DNA from: a virus
Taxonomy: Duplodnaviria > Caudoviricetes
IMG/VR virus record: IMGVR_UViG_3300037067_027616
Span: 32,001-96,000 of that record
Direction: 5' to 3' (one strand)
Length of the DNA stretch: 64,000 bases
In this document: positions 27,170-36,961 of the stretch, piece after piece
Layout of the letters: each line of letters starts with the position of its first letter
How positions within the stretch are numbered: the stretch's first letter is position 1
Program-made: the position numbers and the translations under genes
Notes under the pieces: model-generated
The model's database searches: none
The model's input: only the letters and a program-made list of their open reading frames with translations
Told to the model about the DNA's origin: nothing

Positions 27170-27973
27170 CTACCTCAAAAATTTGTCGGTCGTGGTAACC
27201 TTCATGCCCCGATCGATCATCTCCTTCATGAACTCCTTCTCTTTGTCTTCAAACCCCGGAACAGGGGAACAAGCATCCTCAAGGTACACAAACTTGCTAA
27301 CGTTGTCGTTTCCAAAACTGTTGGCAATATCAGTCACCGTTGCCCTTACGCAATGGCTGCTTGCCTCACCACCGATGGCGATCATGTCCATTTCCTGCAT
27401 CAACTTGATGAGGTTCGTGTTGAGTCCCGTGCCCGGATCCTCAGGATCGTAGACGTCTGCTTGTACGGCCGAATAATGCTCCGTGAAAATGTTGCTGCCC
27501 TTCGTAACGTAGTTCACCGCCGCGAACTCCTGCTCCCACTCGCAGAAAGCATCAAACAACGGGGGGTAGATGGCGGCGCCAAAAGAACCTATGAGGCAGT
27601 GCGGGGGCCATATGCACAGTACGTAGCGACCATTGGCCTTCAGATTCTGTACGTACTCCACCGAACGTTGCTGGTAGCCCCGGTTGGTTGCATGCCATTT
27701 GGGGTTTGGACCAACAACATCATCAACATTGATGAGCGTGAACGGATTCGGGTGGTTTCCGTCCTTATCCTTCCACCAAATCGGGTGTGCCACGTGAAGG
27801 GTCCGGTGTTGATCCATTGTGCTCACGATTTCTTCCAGATCTCCTTTTACCCTCTTGATCATGGTAGCCAAACGCTCCATGTCTTTATCGGCGCCTTTGA
27901 CGCTCAACTTCCCGGCGGGGTCACAGAAATCCACTTGACCGTCTACCACAAGTAGCGCAACTTTCTTTCCCAT
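27170..27973 (-). CDS. pncA: Nicotinamidase/isochorismatase-family cysteine hydrolase
   Basis: VVDGQVDFC, DQH..H, WPPHC, KG..EHYSA, GEASSHCV. Confidence 0.85.
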   Translation of the reverse strand: MGKKVALLVVDGQVDFCDPAGKLSVKGADKDMERLATMIKRVKGDLEEIVSTMDQHRTLHVAHPIWWKDKDGNHPNPFTLINVDDVVGPNPKWHATNRGYQQRSVEYVQNLKANGRYVLCIWPPHCLIGSFGAAIYPPLFDAFCEWEQEFAAVNYVTKGSNIFTEHYSAVQADVYDPEDPGTGLNTNLIKLMQEMDMIAIGGEASSHCVRATVTDIANSFGNDNVSKFVYLEDACSPVPGFEDKEKEFMKEMIDRGMKVTTTDKFLR

Positions 27974-27994
27974 GATTTGCTCCTATCTTTCGAG

Positions 27995-28600
27995 TTACTT
28001 TGTAAAGTTGTCGGATGCCTTCTTCGCGGCCTCCAGAGCCTGCATAGCCTTGTCGTAAGCCTCCCTGGTGTCCTTGGCGACCTTCTCCGCCTTGCTCAAC
28101 GGCGTGGACCCGTTGTCGTCCATCGTCACAATATTAGTGCTGTCAATGCTCCTTGGTGATAGATCCTTCTCGATGTCTTCAGACCACTTAACCATGACTT
28201 TGTTTAGGTACAATTTTGCAACCTTGACGACATCCTGTGGCAGTTCCATCAATTCCTTGTTCTGCGCAGCGGCATTGATGACCTTCGGTATCACGTAAAT
28301 GGCCACAGCCTGCTTGGTGTTTGGCAGAGCAATTTGAAATAACAGAGACACGCAAAACACCGGTATGAGTATCCTGCGCCACCACTTCCAAATTCCCACC
28401 CATCTTTTGCACCAAGCCTGTGTGCGTTGTAATGCTTCCCCGGGTTTGTCGGAATATAGGTGATCCGAACCGACTGCATAACCTATTCCATAAATAATCA
28501 ACCCAACAACCAAAAGCACAATGGAAAGAATCAGAAATACTTCCGATGCAGTTTTGAAGCTATCCAGCATGAAGAAAAAGTAAAGTATCCACCCACTCAT
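27995..28600 (-). CDS. Membrane protein
   Basis: Multiple hydrophobic helices; LPNTKQ..AIYVIP motif. Confidence 0.6.
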   Translation of the reverse strand: MSGWILYFFFMLDSFKTASEVFLILSIVLLVVGLIIYGIGYAVGSDHLYSDKPGEALQRTQAWCKRWVGIWKWWRRILIPVFCVSLLFQIALPNTKQAVAIYVIPKVINAAAQNKELMELPQDVVKVAKLYLNKVMVKWSEDIEKDLSPRSIDSTNIVTMDDNGSTPLSKAEKVAKDTREAYDKAMQALEAAKKASDNFTK

Positions 28601-29112
28601 GGCGTAACCCCCGTGTTAGTGTCGGCGGACTGGGTCTTCGTTTCCGGCCATTTGTCCGCTTCAGCCGGGAGTGTATAAACATATGTGTCCACCTTCATGG
28701 TAGCCATGATTATGGACTTGATTACCGGCCACTCTCCTCCAGCCAACCCCGCACCAATCCGGGGAACGGACACCGTGTAGCCTTTCTCAAGCGCGCGCTT
28801 CTGTACCTCATCGAGGCAGGTGTGCAGAGCTCCGTAGCGCAAAGGTATGCCTTCTTTGGAGGGTCGGATACCTTTCTGTGCGATCATGTTGGCCACGGTG
28901 ATGTCCGGCGACACGTCCACGAATTGGGTGTGACCCAACTGCATGTCGGCATTGGGCATAGCAAGGTAGTCCTGCTTGACTTGGGGATAGGTGTTTCCGA
29001 GAGGAATCACAAAGCCTGCGCCCCAAGCCCGAACCGTATTGCACACGTGGGCTATGATGGTAGGCTTTTTGACCGGCGCGGTGGCGTCCCCTATGACATG
29101 GTACAGTTGCAT
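28597..29112 (-). CDS. Macro domain ADP-ribose-binding/hydrolase (Appr-1-p processing, TARG1/DarG-like)
   Basis: GDAT, IAHVCN..WGAGF, NMIAQ, PRIGAGLAGGEW. Confidence 0.9.
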   Translation of the reverse strand: MQLYHVIGDATAPVKKPTIIAHVCNTVRAWGAGFVIPLGNTYPQVKQDYLAMPNADMQLGHTQFVDVSPDITVANMIAQKGIRPSKEGIPLRYGALHTCLDEVQKRALEKGYTVSVPRIGAGLAGGEWPVIKSIIMATMKVDTYVYTLPAEADKWPETKTQSADTNTGVTP

Positions 29113-29180
29113 GCGGACCTCATCTGGATGTGAATATCAACCTGCTCACCAATAATATACTTTTTGCCGAACCGATTTCA

Positions 29181-29774
29181 TCATTCAAATTGGGCAACCG
29201 TGTACGTCTGCTTCGGGTGCACCTGCCAATCCGGGGCAAACGCCTTGCGCCCGATGTTGCCATCGACTATCTGCACGGACCCTTTCACCGATGGCCACGT
29301 CTTGAGGTAGTTGACCATGCGTTGGATAGCACACAGCCGCCCTTCGTATCGGTGAATGCTCTCGCCTTCATCGTTATCTTCCCAAGGGATGTCTTTGGCT
29401 TGATACCCCACATGCCATTCTTGTACCTCCGGGCGGTCTCCAGGAGTCATTAGAGAAACCAACCAACCATCACGCCCAGCCCAATCAGCAAGGGTGAAGA
29501 ACCTTCTCACTTCTTCCGGGTCGTTCGCATGAGGCCCGTAGATCACTACGTACGTGTACAGCTTGTGATGGGACTTTGGCTCTTCCTCACCCTCGTACGT
29601 GAACCCACAGCACGAGAATGCCGTCCGGAACCCTACGCGGTGCAACTCCAACACCAACGGCCGTATGGGGCGGTCGATGGAGTCCAGCACGGATCGTTTG
29701 TCCGCATCCTCATTGAGTCTGATGATGCCCTCGCCCAACTTCTTCGACATGTTCGTCAGTCCTTTTTTCCCCAA
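29181..29774 (-). CDS. Hypothetical protein with Tyw3-like SCxG motif
   Basis: IDRPIRPLV.EL...GFRTAFSCCG. Confidence 0.45.
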   Translation of the reverse strand: MGKKGLTNMSKKLGEGIIRLNEDADKRSVLDSIDRPIRPLVLELHRVGFRTAFSCCGFTYEGEEEPKSHHKLYTYVVIYGPHANDPEEVRRFFTLADWAGRDGWLVSLMTPGDRPEVQEWHVGYQAKDIPWEDNDEGESIHRYEGRLCAIQRMVNYLKTWPSVKGSVQIVDGNIGRKAFAPDWQVHPKQTYTVAQFE

Positions 29775-29944
29775 GTAGTAGCAGTATCATCACCAGGCAC
29801 GTCCAAAATGTCCATCCTAAGAAATGCACTTTGGATTCGGGCAGGCCGAGGATAACCCACAGGTAACCGTGCAACAAATCCTCCAATAAAGCCACTCCCA
29901 AGAGGAAATTTTTATTTAAAAGAGACCAATAGTCCACGCCGTCC

Positions 29945-30652
29945 TCACGCCTTGTCAAAAATGATGTCATTGTCGGACGTGAGCATCACCTTTACAGGTT
30001 TGTCACCCCAATTAACGGACTTCCTCGGTATGCTCACGCGGTAGTCCTTCGACACCACCACGCCAACGGTGACCGCATTGTGCGTTTTGATGTGGCTGAG
30101 ATCTGCCGGCTGACCCGGCTTCCACCCAAGTTTGCGGATCATCGGCCCAGGTATCTTGATCCGTTCCCGCGTCTTGATGACCTTGGACATTATGATGTCG
30201 GTGTCCAGAACATCGGCGATATCCGATTTGTCGACCTGTTGTGTCACCATGCTCCTCGGGACGCGCTTTATGGCCGGGCCGTATGAACTGTGGAAGGCGG
30301 CTTTTGCAAGCGTTTGAACTGCCTGCACAGGGGCCACCACTCCAGGGACCTTTTTCGATACGGGAACTTCAGCCTTCTGATTGCGTTCGACATAGTCATC
30401 GGGGTTGACACCGCACGGTAGATAGAGTGCCGCCGACTTCGAATCACCATCGACATTGATATAGGCACGGTCATATCCATCGAATACACCGTCACCGGAG
30501 GAGAACATCTCACGTATCTCCGCCGCGACGACTCGGTTCCTTTTCCATATGCCCGACTTCTTGATGTCATTGGCAACATCGACAGACGTGAACAGTTTCT
30601 TGGAATCAGTGAACCTCCCGATGACACACCTCACCTCGTTTGACACGGACAT
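29945..30652 (-). CDS. Protein with C-terminal AbrB/SpoVT-like DNA-binding segments
   Basis: RIKIPGPMIRKLGWKPG and YRVSIPRK. Confidence 0.5.
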   Translation of the reverse strand: MSVSNEVRCVIGRFTDSKKLFTSVDVANDIKKSGIWKRNRVVAAEIREMFSSGDGVFDGYDRAYINVDGDSKSAALYLPCGVNPDDYVERNQKAEVPVSKKVPGVVAPVQAVQTLAKAAFHSSYGPAIKRVPRSMVTQQVDKSDIADVLDTDIIMSKVIKTRERIKIPGPMIRKLGWKPGQPADLSHIKTHNAVTVGVVVSKDYRVSIPRKSVNWGDKPVKVMLTSDNDIIFDKA

Positions 30653-30698
30653 GTTAGCCCCCGATCCTTGTATAGGTTATCTTTTGCAGTTCATAGTG

Positions 30699-30727
30699 AA
30701 TATACTATTCTATAACGATTTTGTAAA
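30699..30727 (-). promoter_or_regulatory. Sigma70-type promoter TTTACA-N17-TATATT
   Basis: Read directly on the - strand. Confidence 0.75.
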
Positions 30728-30737
30728 CAAGAAAATG

Positions 30738-31160
30738 TCACAGGAAAAGGGCATCGCTAGAACCCTTCTCCACGTACGATGGAACAATGTGAGGGGATTC
30801 CGGGCCATTCGGAAACATGACATAAAGGCACACGATGCCTTCTTTTATTTTGTTGAGGGTGACGGTCAAAAAAGGGGGTATCGAATCCACCGTGACGATG
30901 TCTTCCATGGGCATTTTGGCTTCTTCAAGACGCTCAAACAGTAATTTCTTGTCATTCGGTAATTCCTTCACGGCCTGCTCGTACAGCTCTTCCCTGCGCA
31001 CGAATATGTCCGTGTAGGTGTCAACGAACTTTTCACGTGTGATTGGCACGGCCTCAATTTTCATGCACAAATCGAGATACATGTCGTACATGCCCTGTTT
31101 GGACAGGTACTCGTCTATGAATTTCCGTGCGTCCAACGGATCCATTTCAGTACTTCCCAC
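30738..31160 (-). CDS. Hypothetical protein
   Basis: Packed operon ORF. Confidence 0.5.
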   Translation of the reverse strand: MGSTEMDPLDARKFIDEYLSKQGMYDMYLDLCMKIEAVPITREKFVDTYTDIFVRREELYEQAVKELPNDKKLLFERLEEAKMPMEDIVTVDSIPPFLTVTLNKIKEGIVCLYVMFPNGPESPHIVPSYVEKGSSDALFL

Positions 31161-31350
31161 GGCGCATCCACCCTCTTACGGCACCGATTTGCCTGGCCGT
31201 GTACCTGTGGTACCGTCGGCGCTGTATCTGTGCCGGTGTCCACCCCTTGTCTAAAAGCAGGCGGATCTTGTCTTTGTTCCCAAGGCTGATGGGTACGAGA
31301 TCCGTGTCCCGTTTGTCTGAAAACCTCGTAAGATAAATCGCGTTCAACAT
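31147..31350 (-). CDS. Small HTH-like protein
   Basis: Paralogous to the C-terminus of 31344..31997. Confidence 0.5.
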   Translation of the reverse strand: MLNAIYLTRFSDKRDTDLVPISLGNKDKIRLLLDKGWTPAQIQRRRYHRYTARQIGAVRGWMRRGKY

Positions 31351-31997
31351 TGTTTCTTTCCTTTCTGTAATTTGATACTTCTCTCCTTCAATGTCTTCAC
31401 GAGTAAAGGCAATTTTCCTTCGCGTATCTGTTTGGCAACATCCATAATCTGCTTAAGACTGTACGCCGGGAACATCTCTGCTACCTTCTCCGATTTCTTC
31501 CCGCGTATGAGATGCCAGGCTATACGCGCCTTGTCCGCCGTGGTCAAACTTTTCCTGCGCGTGATCGGGTTGCGCAAAAGCACCATCTGCAACGTACTGG
31601 GCTGTAGCAAATGGATGTTCCCAAATATGAAATCCTTCTCCACCAAACGACTCTCCTGGCAGGATGTGTCTTTGTTGATACTGAAGATTCTTTTGTTCAA
31701 ATCCTGTTTCAAAAAACGGTTACCCTCTTTTACATCCTGCTGTATTTCATCCGCATTGTTACTGGCCTGTCTCACGAGTATGAGTGTCTTACGCAATGCA
31801 CGATTGAATGGGCGATCCTTGTAAATGTCCCTCAAATTGTTCCCGTTCTCGTCAATAACACCGTCTCTCCATCTGCTGTAATGAAAACTGCAAAACCCAT
31901 CCTGCATATGTTTGCGGGGGCATCCCACAACCACGCACCTCTTGTCTTGGTCATTCTTTTTAGACATATCTAACGCTCCTTTTAGCTTCCGATGCAC
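31344..31997 (-). CDS. Protein with N-terminal Cys/His knuckle and C-terminal HTH-like domain
   Basis: CVVVGC...GFCSFHY; C-terminal DKARI..L..G...YS.KQI. Confidence 0.5.
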   Translation of the reverse strand: MHRKLKGALDMSKKNDQDKRCVVVGCPRKHMQDGFCSFHYSRWRDGVIDENGNNLRDIYKDRPFNRALRKTLILVRQASNNADEIQQDVKEGNRFLKQDLNKRIFSINKDTSCQESRLVEKDFIFGNIHLLQPSTLQMVLLRNPITRRKSLTTADKARIAWHLIRGKKSEKVAEMFPAYSLKQIMDVAKQIREGKLPLLVKTLKERSIKLQKGKKQC

Positions 31998-32875
31998 CCG
32001 CGCATCTTTTTAAGTGCTCTCTCACGTAACTGCCTTGCACGCTCCCTGCTGAAACCCATCATCACCCCTATCTCATTCAACGTGCACGAATACCCATCCG
32101 TTAATCCATAAGAAGCCTCGATGACTTTCCTTTCAGCAGGCAACAAATTTCCTATGGCGCATTTTATCTCGTCTGAAAATGACCTCGATATAAGTTCCTC
32201 GAGCGGGTCATCCTCTTTATTCTCCAAAGTGTCCCCAACAGTGAGTTCCCCACGGGGTCCACACAATTTCATGTCCAAAGACATAGGGGTGTTCATGATC
32301 ACGAGCATGTTCTGTATATATGAAGAATTGAGACCTGTGTATTCAGATATATCCTCCGGTGTCGGGTACTTCGCCCTTTTTTGCATGAGGATATCTATCG
32401 CCTTCAATATTCTTACAATGTGCTGTGTCTGGTTTAATGGGACACTGGTCATCCTGGACTGCACGGATAGGGCTCTCAAGATAGCCTGTCGTATCCACCA
32501 TACGGCGTATGATATGAACTTGAAGTTTTTGCTTGGGTCAAATTTATCCACGGCGCGTATCAAACCCTTGTTACCTTCCGATATGATGTCGAGAAACGGC
32601 ATACCTTGGTTGCTGTATCTTTTAGCTACCTTCACGACGAACCTGAGGTTTGACAAAATAATCTTCTTCTTAACAGATTTGTCCCCGGCGCGGTATCTGC
32701 GAAATAAATCCTGCTCTTCCTCCACAGACAAAGGCTCATGCTTGGAAATGTCATTGAAATAGGCATCAAGCACACGCTTCCCATCTCCGTAGTATCTAGA
32801 TTTGTACGGATCGGAAGATATGTCGGGGGTGTTCCTTCTTTTACCTATCGGCAGGGTCTTCACCACTCCATCCAA
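31982..32875 (-). CDS. RNA polymerase sigma-70 family factor (RpoD/RpoS-like, regions 1.2-4)
   Basis: NLRFVVKVAKRY, DIISEGNKGLIRAVDKFDP, FISYAVWWIRQAI, TLNEIG..SRERARQL. Confidence 0.95.
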   Translation of the reverse strand: MDGVVKTLPIGKRRNTPDISSDPYKSRYYGDGKRVLDAYFNDISKHEPLSVEEEQDLFRRYRAGDKSVKKKIILSNLRFVVKVAKRYSNQGMPFLDIISEGNKGLIRAVDKFDPSKNFKFISYAVWWIRQAILRALSVQSRMTSVPLNQTQHIVRILKAIDILMQKRAKYPTPEDISEYTGLNSSYIQNMLVIMNTPMSLDMKLCGPRGELTVGDTLENKEDDPLEELISRSFSDEIKCAIGNLLPAERKVIEASYGLTDGYSCTLNEIGVMMGFSRERARQLRERALKKMRGCIGS

Positions 32876-33135
32876 TCTGCTTTGGGGAACCGATCACAGA
32901 ACGGTGACCACCCTTTTTCTTTCTGCTCACAGAACCTGATCTTAAGATTGATCGGTAGTGTATCGTACGCATCTATAACTTTTCCAATGGCTTGCGTGAC
33001 TCTGTGTGCACGCACAGCGGCACAAACGGTATGAGAATCGCTCGCAGGCCCAAACCCGGAAATCCACCATGGTGAATTCAATTCAAAAGCACCGTAAGAG
33101 TACCTGTGATACCATGACACCCAAAATGATTTCAT
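32860..33135 (-). CDS. Hypothetical protein
   Basis: Packed operon ORF. Confidence 0.5.
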   Translation of the reverse strand: MKSFWVSWYHRYSYGAFELNSPWWISGFGPASDSHTVCAAVRAHRVTQAIGKVIDAYDTLPINLKIRFCEQKEKGWSPFCDRFPKADWMEW

Positions 33136-34067
33136 GCGGTCACCTCATATTCTTTTTTGACGATGCCTACCTCCGCCCGACCACGCATATGCGGAGGTAT
33201 CCAGAACGTCCCGATGTGCCTCCCAAACAACCTGTGTTCGGGAGTGTAAGTTTTGAAATGACCGCGGCAGGAATGCAACGGATTTGTCCACAAATTCTTG
33301 ATTTGCGTAAGGGACTTCACCCCTCCGTATTCCTTACCAAGATCCAAACGTAGAAGCTTGTAACTGTACTTGAACGACCCGGACACGCGTTTTTCGTTTC
33401 TGCTCTTAAGGGGCTTGTTTTTTACTTGTATTTCTTGGAACACATGGTTCTTGCAGTTAAGAAGCATGAGGAATTTTCCTAATGTCGAGATATCCGACCC
33501 GGCGTTGTAAATAAGTTCGTCAGCCATGTCTGTGATGACACGTTCACCCTCAAGCGTAGGGTTAAGCAGACACGTCGATACGTACGCATCGGGATTTGGA
33601 TCGCTCGGAAGCATGTGCCGTATGGACTCGTACCCTACGAGAGGTCGGTTAGCCACGAAGGATATGACAGGATCCATGGTCCACGTGTCGGGAGAGTCAA
33701 GCGCCGTGAAATGCATAACCGTGTAGAGTCCCTCATCGAACGCCGAGCAGAGCAACGCTGACCGGACATGAGGCGTCACGAATCCAAACTTATGTGAAGC
33801 GGGAGAATCTATACGGACATCAGAAATGTAGTCGAACCAACAATTGTCGTAGGGAAAACGACTTTGAGAGAACACATCAGCGTACGTGCGCTCCCCCCCT
33901 GCGGCGTGGTTTACCTCAGACTGCCTGCCCATGTGGAACTTCACGGCATCATTGATGCCCTGCAGGGTCTTCTTGAAAAGATCCATGTAGCCCTGGATGA
34001 GTTGGCAATAGAAAGACTTTTGCCAATCAGCACCATGATAGCTTTTGAAAACCTCATGAGCGTACAT
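33132..34067 (-). CDS. Conserved phage protein with C-terminal HxxRGH...WIPPH..G motif
   Basis: HSCRGHFKTY...FWIPPHMRG; own promoter and GGAGG RBS. Confidence 0.6.
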   Translation of the reverse strand: MYAHEVFKSYHGADWQKSFYCQLIQGYMDLFKKTLQGINDAVKFHMGRQSEVNHAAGGERTYADVFSQSRFPYDNCWFDYISDVRIDSPASHKFGFVTPHVRSALLCSAFDEGLYTVMHFTALDSPDTWTMDPVISFVANRPLVGYESIRHMLPSDPNPDAYVSTCLLNPTLEGERVITDMADELIYNAGSDISTLGKFLMLLNCKNHVFQEIQVKNKPLKSRNEKRVSGSFKYSYKLLRLDLGKEYGGVKSLTQIKNLWTNPLHSCRGHFKTYTPEHRLFGRHIGTFWIPPHMRGRAEVGIVKKEYEVTA

Positions 34068-34084
34068 AGAACCCCTCCGATTCG

Positions 34085-34113
34085 AATATACCTTTTTGAA
34101 CCGGATTTATCAA
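34085..34113 (-). promoter_or_regulatory. Sigma70-type promoter TTGATA-N17-TATATT
   Basis: Read directly on the - strand. Confidence 0.7.
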
Positions 34114-34158
34114 CCAAAAAATTTGTTGAAGCCCACTTGGTTTCTTCCAGCATATTTA

Positions 34159-34551
34159 CTATTGAGGGACTTTCCAGGGCACATAGGAAGATGCGGCTGT
34201 ATCCCCTGCAAGACGACCCTCATGCCTCGGAAGGATTGTCATGGCAATCGCTTGGGTACCAATAACAATCATAAGTTCGTTGTTTGTTGTTGAATCGAAA
34301 ACTATGTAGATTGTAGGGCCAAAAGCTTCGAGGCCGTATTTACCAGTCATCTTCAGCCTGTTTGCTCCTGTGATCTCCTTCAGTTTTGATCCTTCAATGT
34401 TTTCAGCGTTAACCACCGATTCCTGTTGCACCATACGAGTTTTTGCACTTTTAAACTTCGGTACAACAAGCGCACACAAAAAGCCAAAAATGACAATCAC
34501 TGTACCTATTTCAACGAACGTAACGCCACTACACTTGATTGGGATTTTCAT
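34159..34551 (-). CDS. Prepilin-like protein (type IV pilin N-terminal motif)
   Basis: SG/VTFVEIGTVIVIFGFLCALVVPKF: Gly-1, Glu+5, hydrophobic helix, Pro+22. Confidence 0.65.
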   Translation of the reverse strand: MKIPIKCSGVTFVEIGTVIVIFGFLCALVVPKFKSAKTRMVQQESVVNAENIEGSKLKEITGANRLKMTGKYGLEAFGPTIYIVFDSTTNNELMIVIGTQAIAMTILPRHEGRLAGDTAASSYVPWKVPQ

Positions 34552-34826
34552 TTCTTATTATTCTCTTCCCCGGAGGCCTGCATCTGAATCTTCGGAGTGC
34601 CCGGTTTCCTGTCAATGTATTTCCGGTATTTGGCATTCGAAGCTATGCGCTCCTGGAGGACCTTGATTTCTGTCTTTACACGGTCTGTTTCAACCTTGGA
34701 CTTGACGAGGCGTTCCAAAGCGCCTTCCCTTCTCCGTTTCACTGCGCTGCCGTTGTTCACATGATCCCCTTTGATAGGTGTTTTCCTAAACCTTCTTGAA
34801 TGAATTTTTCCACTCTTCAGTGTCAA
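34548..34826 (-). CDS. Small basic hypothetical protein
   Basis: Packed operon ORF. Confidence 0.4.
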   Translation of the reverse strand: MTLKSGKIHSRRFRKTPIKGDHVNNGSAVKRRREGALERLVKSKVETDRVKTEIKVLQERIASNAKYRKYIDRKPGTPKIQMQASGEENNKK

Positions 34827-35238
34827 ATTTCAAAATCTTGCCGTTTTCAATATCGACCCGATCAAAACAAAGACCAAGCAGTTCTGCGGTTTGGATAGGT
34901 ATCGGGCCATCAAACACACCACCGTCTCCTTTGGTATCGACTTTGCAGTCATAACACCAAATTAGTCCCTCCCATTCCGACCATTGGATATTCGACCCAT
35001 GGCATCTATCGCAGGACATTTCGTACTCCTGCGGCTTTTGAACGTACATATACCGACGTTTTACTCTTGTTTCTGTTACTGTAGGTTCCTCGCCCACAGG
35101 AACTATTTTTCCTTCCTTGTATATGTACTTTCCTGCGACACCTTTCTTTCTCTCCCCAAAAATGCGATCGAAGTTGCCATCATACTTTTTATGGTCAACG
35201 AGTTGGTCGTTGGTTGACGGATTGAATAAGTCACTCAT
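34786..35238 (-). CDS. Zn-ribbon protein
   Basis: CDRC...WCYDC. Confidence 0.55.
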   Translation of the reverse strand: MSDLFNPSTNDQLVDHKKYDGNFDRIFGERKKGVAGKYIYKEGKIVPVGEEPTVTETRVKRRYMYVQKPQEYEMSCDRCHGSNIQWSEWEGLIWCYDCKVDTKGDGGVFDGPIPIQTAELLGLCFDRVDIENGKILKFDTEEWKNSFKKV

Positions 35239-35371
35239 GGACTCTTCCTATCGTAAATGAAGTCGAAGGCGAGTTCGTTGATATGGTACAGCGTGCACTC
35301 CTGCGCGATCGTCAAAATGCGCGACTCGATGTACCAATTGATGATATATGCGACTACCCTCAAAATAACTC

Positions 35372-36055
35372 TCATCGCTGCCCACCCACCACGACACGGG
35401 AACACTTCTCAGGTACTCCACTTTTTTTCATCGCCTCGAATATGTCGGGGATCTTGTCATAAAAATGAAGGAACTTCGCCCCACAATCCGCACAAGTGTA
35501 CGGAGTACACTTGTCAGATCCCGTGGGACCGTGTACCCACGTGTGATCCGACCCCCAACCCTCACCTTGTATGTGGCTCTTCCGTTTTGGTGTCATGTTA
35601 CCTTCGTTGATGCCTCTGACCCCACTCCCAGGGCCTCCCGGACATCTGCACTTGAAGGTGTCGCCGCTGTGATCGGCCGAACCCAAAAGGACTACGCCAT
35701 GTACGGGGCAACGATGCCATTGGTGTCCGTTCTTGCAACTGGAATCCCCTAAAGGACATCTGCAGGTCATCACCGCCGGCTCATGGCACACCGGGCACTC
35801 ATTGGTGTATTGCTTTCTTTCAGCACCGCCGGTCAAAATGTCGGCTACAAAACGATATTGATCTTGCAGGTCTCTTCCTGTCTCGGACTCCATGTCCAAC
35901 CCGGTCTTGAGATTCGTCGACCCGCACACACGACAGATAGTTTCCTTGCGGTGCATCTCCTCCAGTTGCTCTGGGGTTTTGCCGATCCCCGTCTTGAAAC
36001 CCGTCCAAAAGTATACAGCTTTGCAATCGGGGCAGGTCGATTTGTATGCTTCCAT
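35372..36055 (-). CDS. Multi-Zn-finger Cys-rich protein
   Basis: Several CxxC pairs; start set at MEAYKS after GGAG. Confidence 0.55.
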   Translation of the reverse strand: MEAYKSTCPDCKAVYFWTGFKTGIGKTPEQLEEMHRKETICRVCGSTNLKTGLDMESETGRDLQDQYRFVADILTGGAERKQYTNECPVCHEPAVMTCRCPLGDSSCKNGHQWHRCPVHGVVLLGSADHSGDTFKCRCPGGPGSGVRGINEGNMTPKRKSHIQGEGWGSDHTWVHGPTGSDKCTPYTCADCGAKFLHFYDKIPDIFEAMKKSGVPEKCSRVVVGGQR

Positions 36056-36093
36056 GTCAGCAGATCTCCTTAATAAACAAATACAATACGCGG

Positions 36094-36510
36094 CTATCTT
36101 ACATAGAGAGTGGATTTGAGTTTTGTTTTGGGCCACGACTTGTGCTTCATAACATCAAAAGGGGACCACCACCCATTTTTACGGCACAAACATTTGCCCG
36201 TTACCATCATTCTATAGGGGTGTCCATGGATTACTTCAGCATCGTGTGGAAGCATCATGACACTACCATCATCGAGGTATCCTTTGGAGAGATCCACAGA
36301 CACGGAGTCAAAATCATATGAAGATACTTGGCAGTCTATCTCAATGGTGTTCATGTCCCCGAACGTAATTCCAATCATAACGGCCATGCCTGTGAACGCC
36401 ACAGACATTGAAAGAGAACCCCACAAAGTCTTCTTGAATGGCGTACCCGCGACTAACATCAACGAGAATAAAGTCAAAAATGCGGCAGAGAAACATATGA
36501 ATATAACCAC
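36094..36510 (-). CDS. Membrane protein
   Basis: Two N-terminal hydrophobic helices. Confidence 0.5.
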   Translation of the reverse strand: MVIFICFSAAFLTLFSLMLVAGTPFKKTLWGSLSMSVAFTGMAVMIGITFGDMNTIEIDCQVSSYDFDSVSVDLSKGYLDDGSVMMLPHDAEVIHGHPYRMMVTGKCLCRKNGWWSPFDVMKHKSWPKTKLKSTLYVR

Positions 36511-36571
36511 GGCTACTCCCTAATCTCAGTACACAAAAATATGCACTCGGGATCCATGTCCTTGGAATATT

Positions 36572-36955
36572 TCATTCACCCTTCAAGTCGTCCGGGTGGA
36601 TGCCAAACAGTTCGGATACCGGAGCGCGGAGTCCTTCACGTAACTTGCTAAGCGTCTTCTCAATGGTTTCGATCCGGGCGTCCTTATCGGACTTGCCCGA
36701 TTGGGCCATTTCCGCCGCAGCTTTGTAGGCGTCGTCTGACACGTAACTCAACTCCCCGTATCCGCTCAAGGAGTAACCGATGAGTTGGGCGAACTGCTGC
36801 CGGTCTTCCTGGCTGAAAGGCATGGTGGCCAATTTGTTCATGTCGTTCGGGCCATTGTCGAGTAGGTACCGCACGATGGCGTTCTCTTTAAACCGCAACC
36901 TGCCATCTTTGTCCTTCTCAAGAGGCTGAATGGGGTGCTTCGCGTGTTTTGCCAT
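36572..36955 (-). CDS. Conserved phage hypothetical protein
   Basis: HPIQP...RFKENAIVRYLLD...QFAQLIGYSLSGY.ELSYVSD motif. Confidence 0.65.
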   Translation of the reverse strand: MAKHAKHPIQPLEKDKDGRLRFKENAIVRYLLDNGPNDMNKLATMPFSQEDRQQFAQLIGYSLSGYGELSYVSDDAYKAAAEMAQSGKSDKDARIETIEKTLSKLREGLRAPVSELFGIHPDDLKGE

Positions 36956-36961
36956 GGGGGC

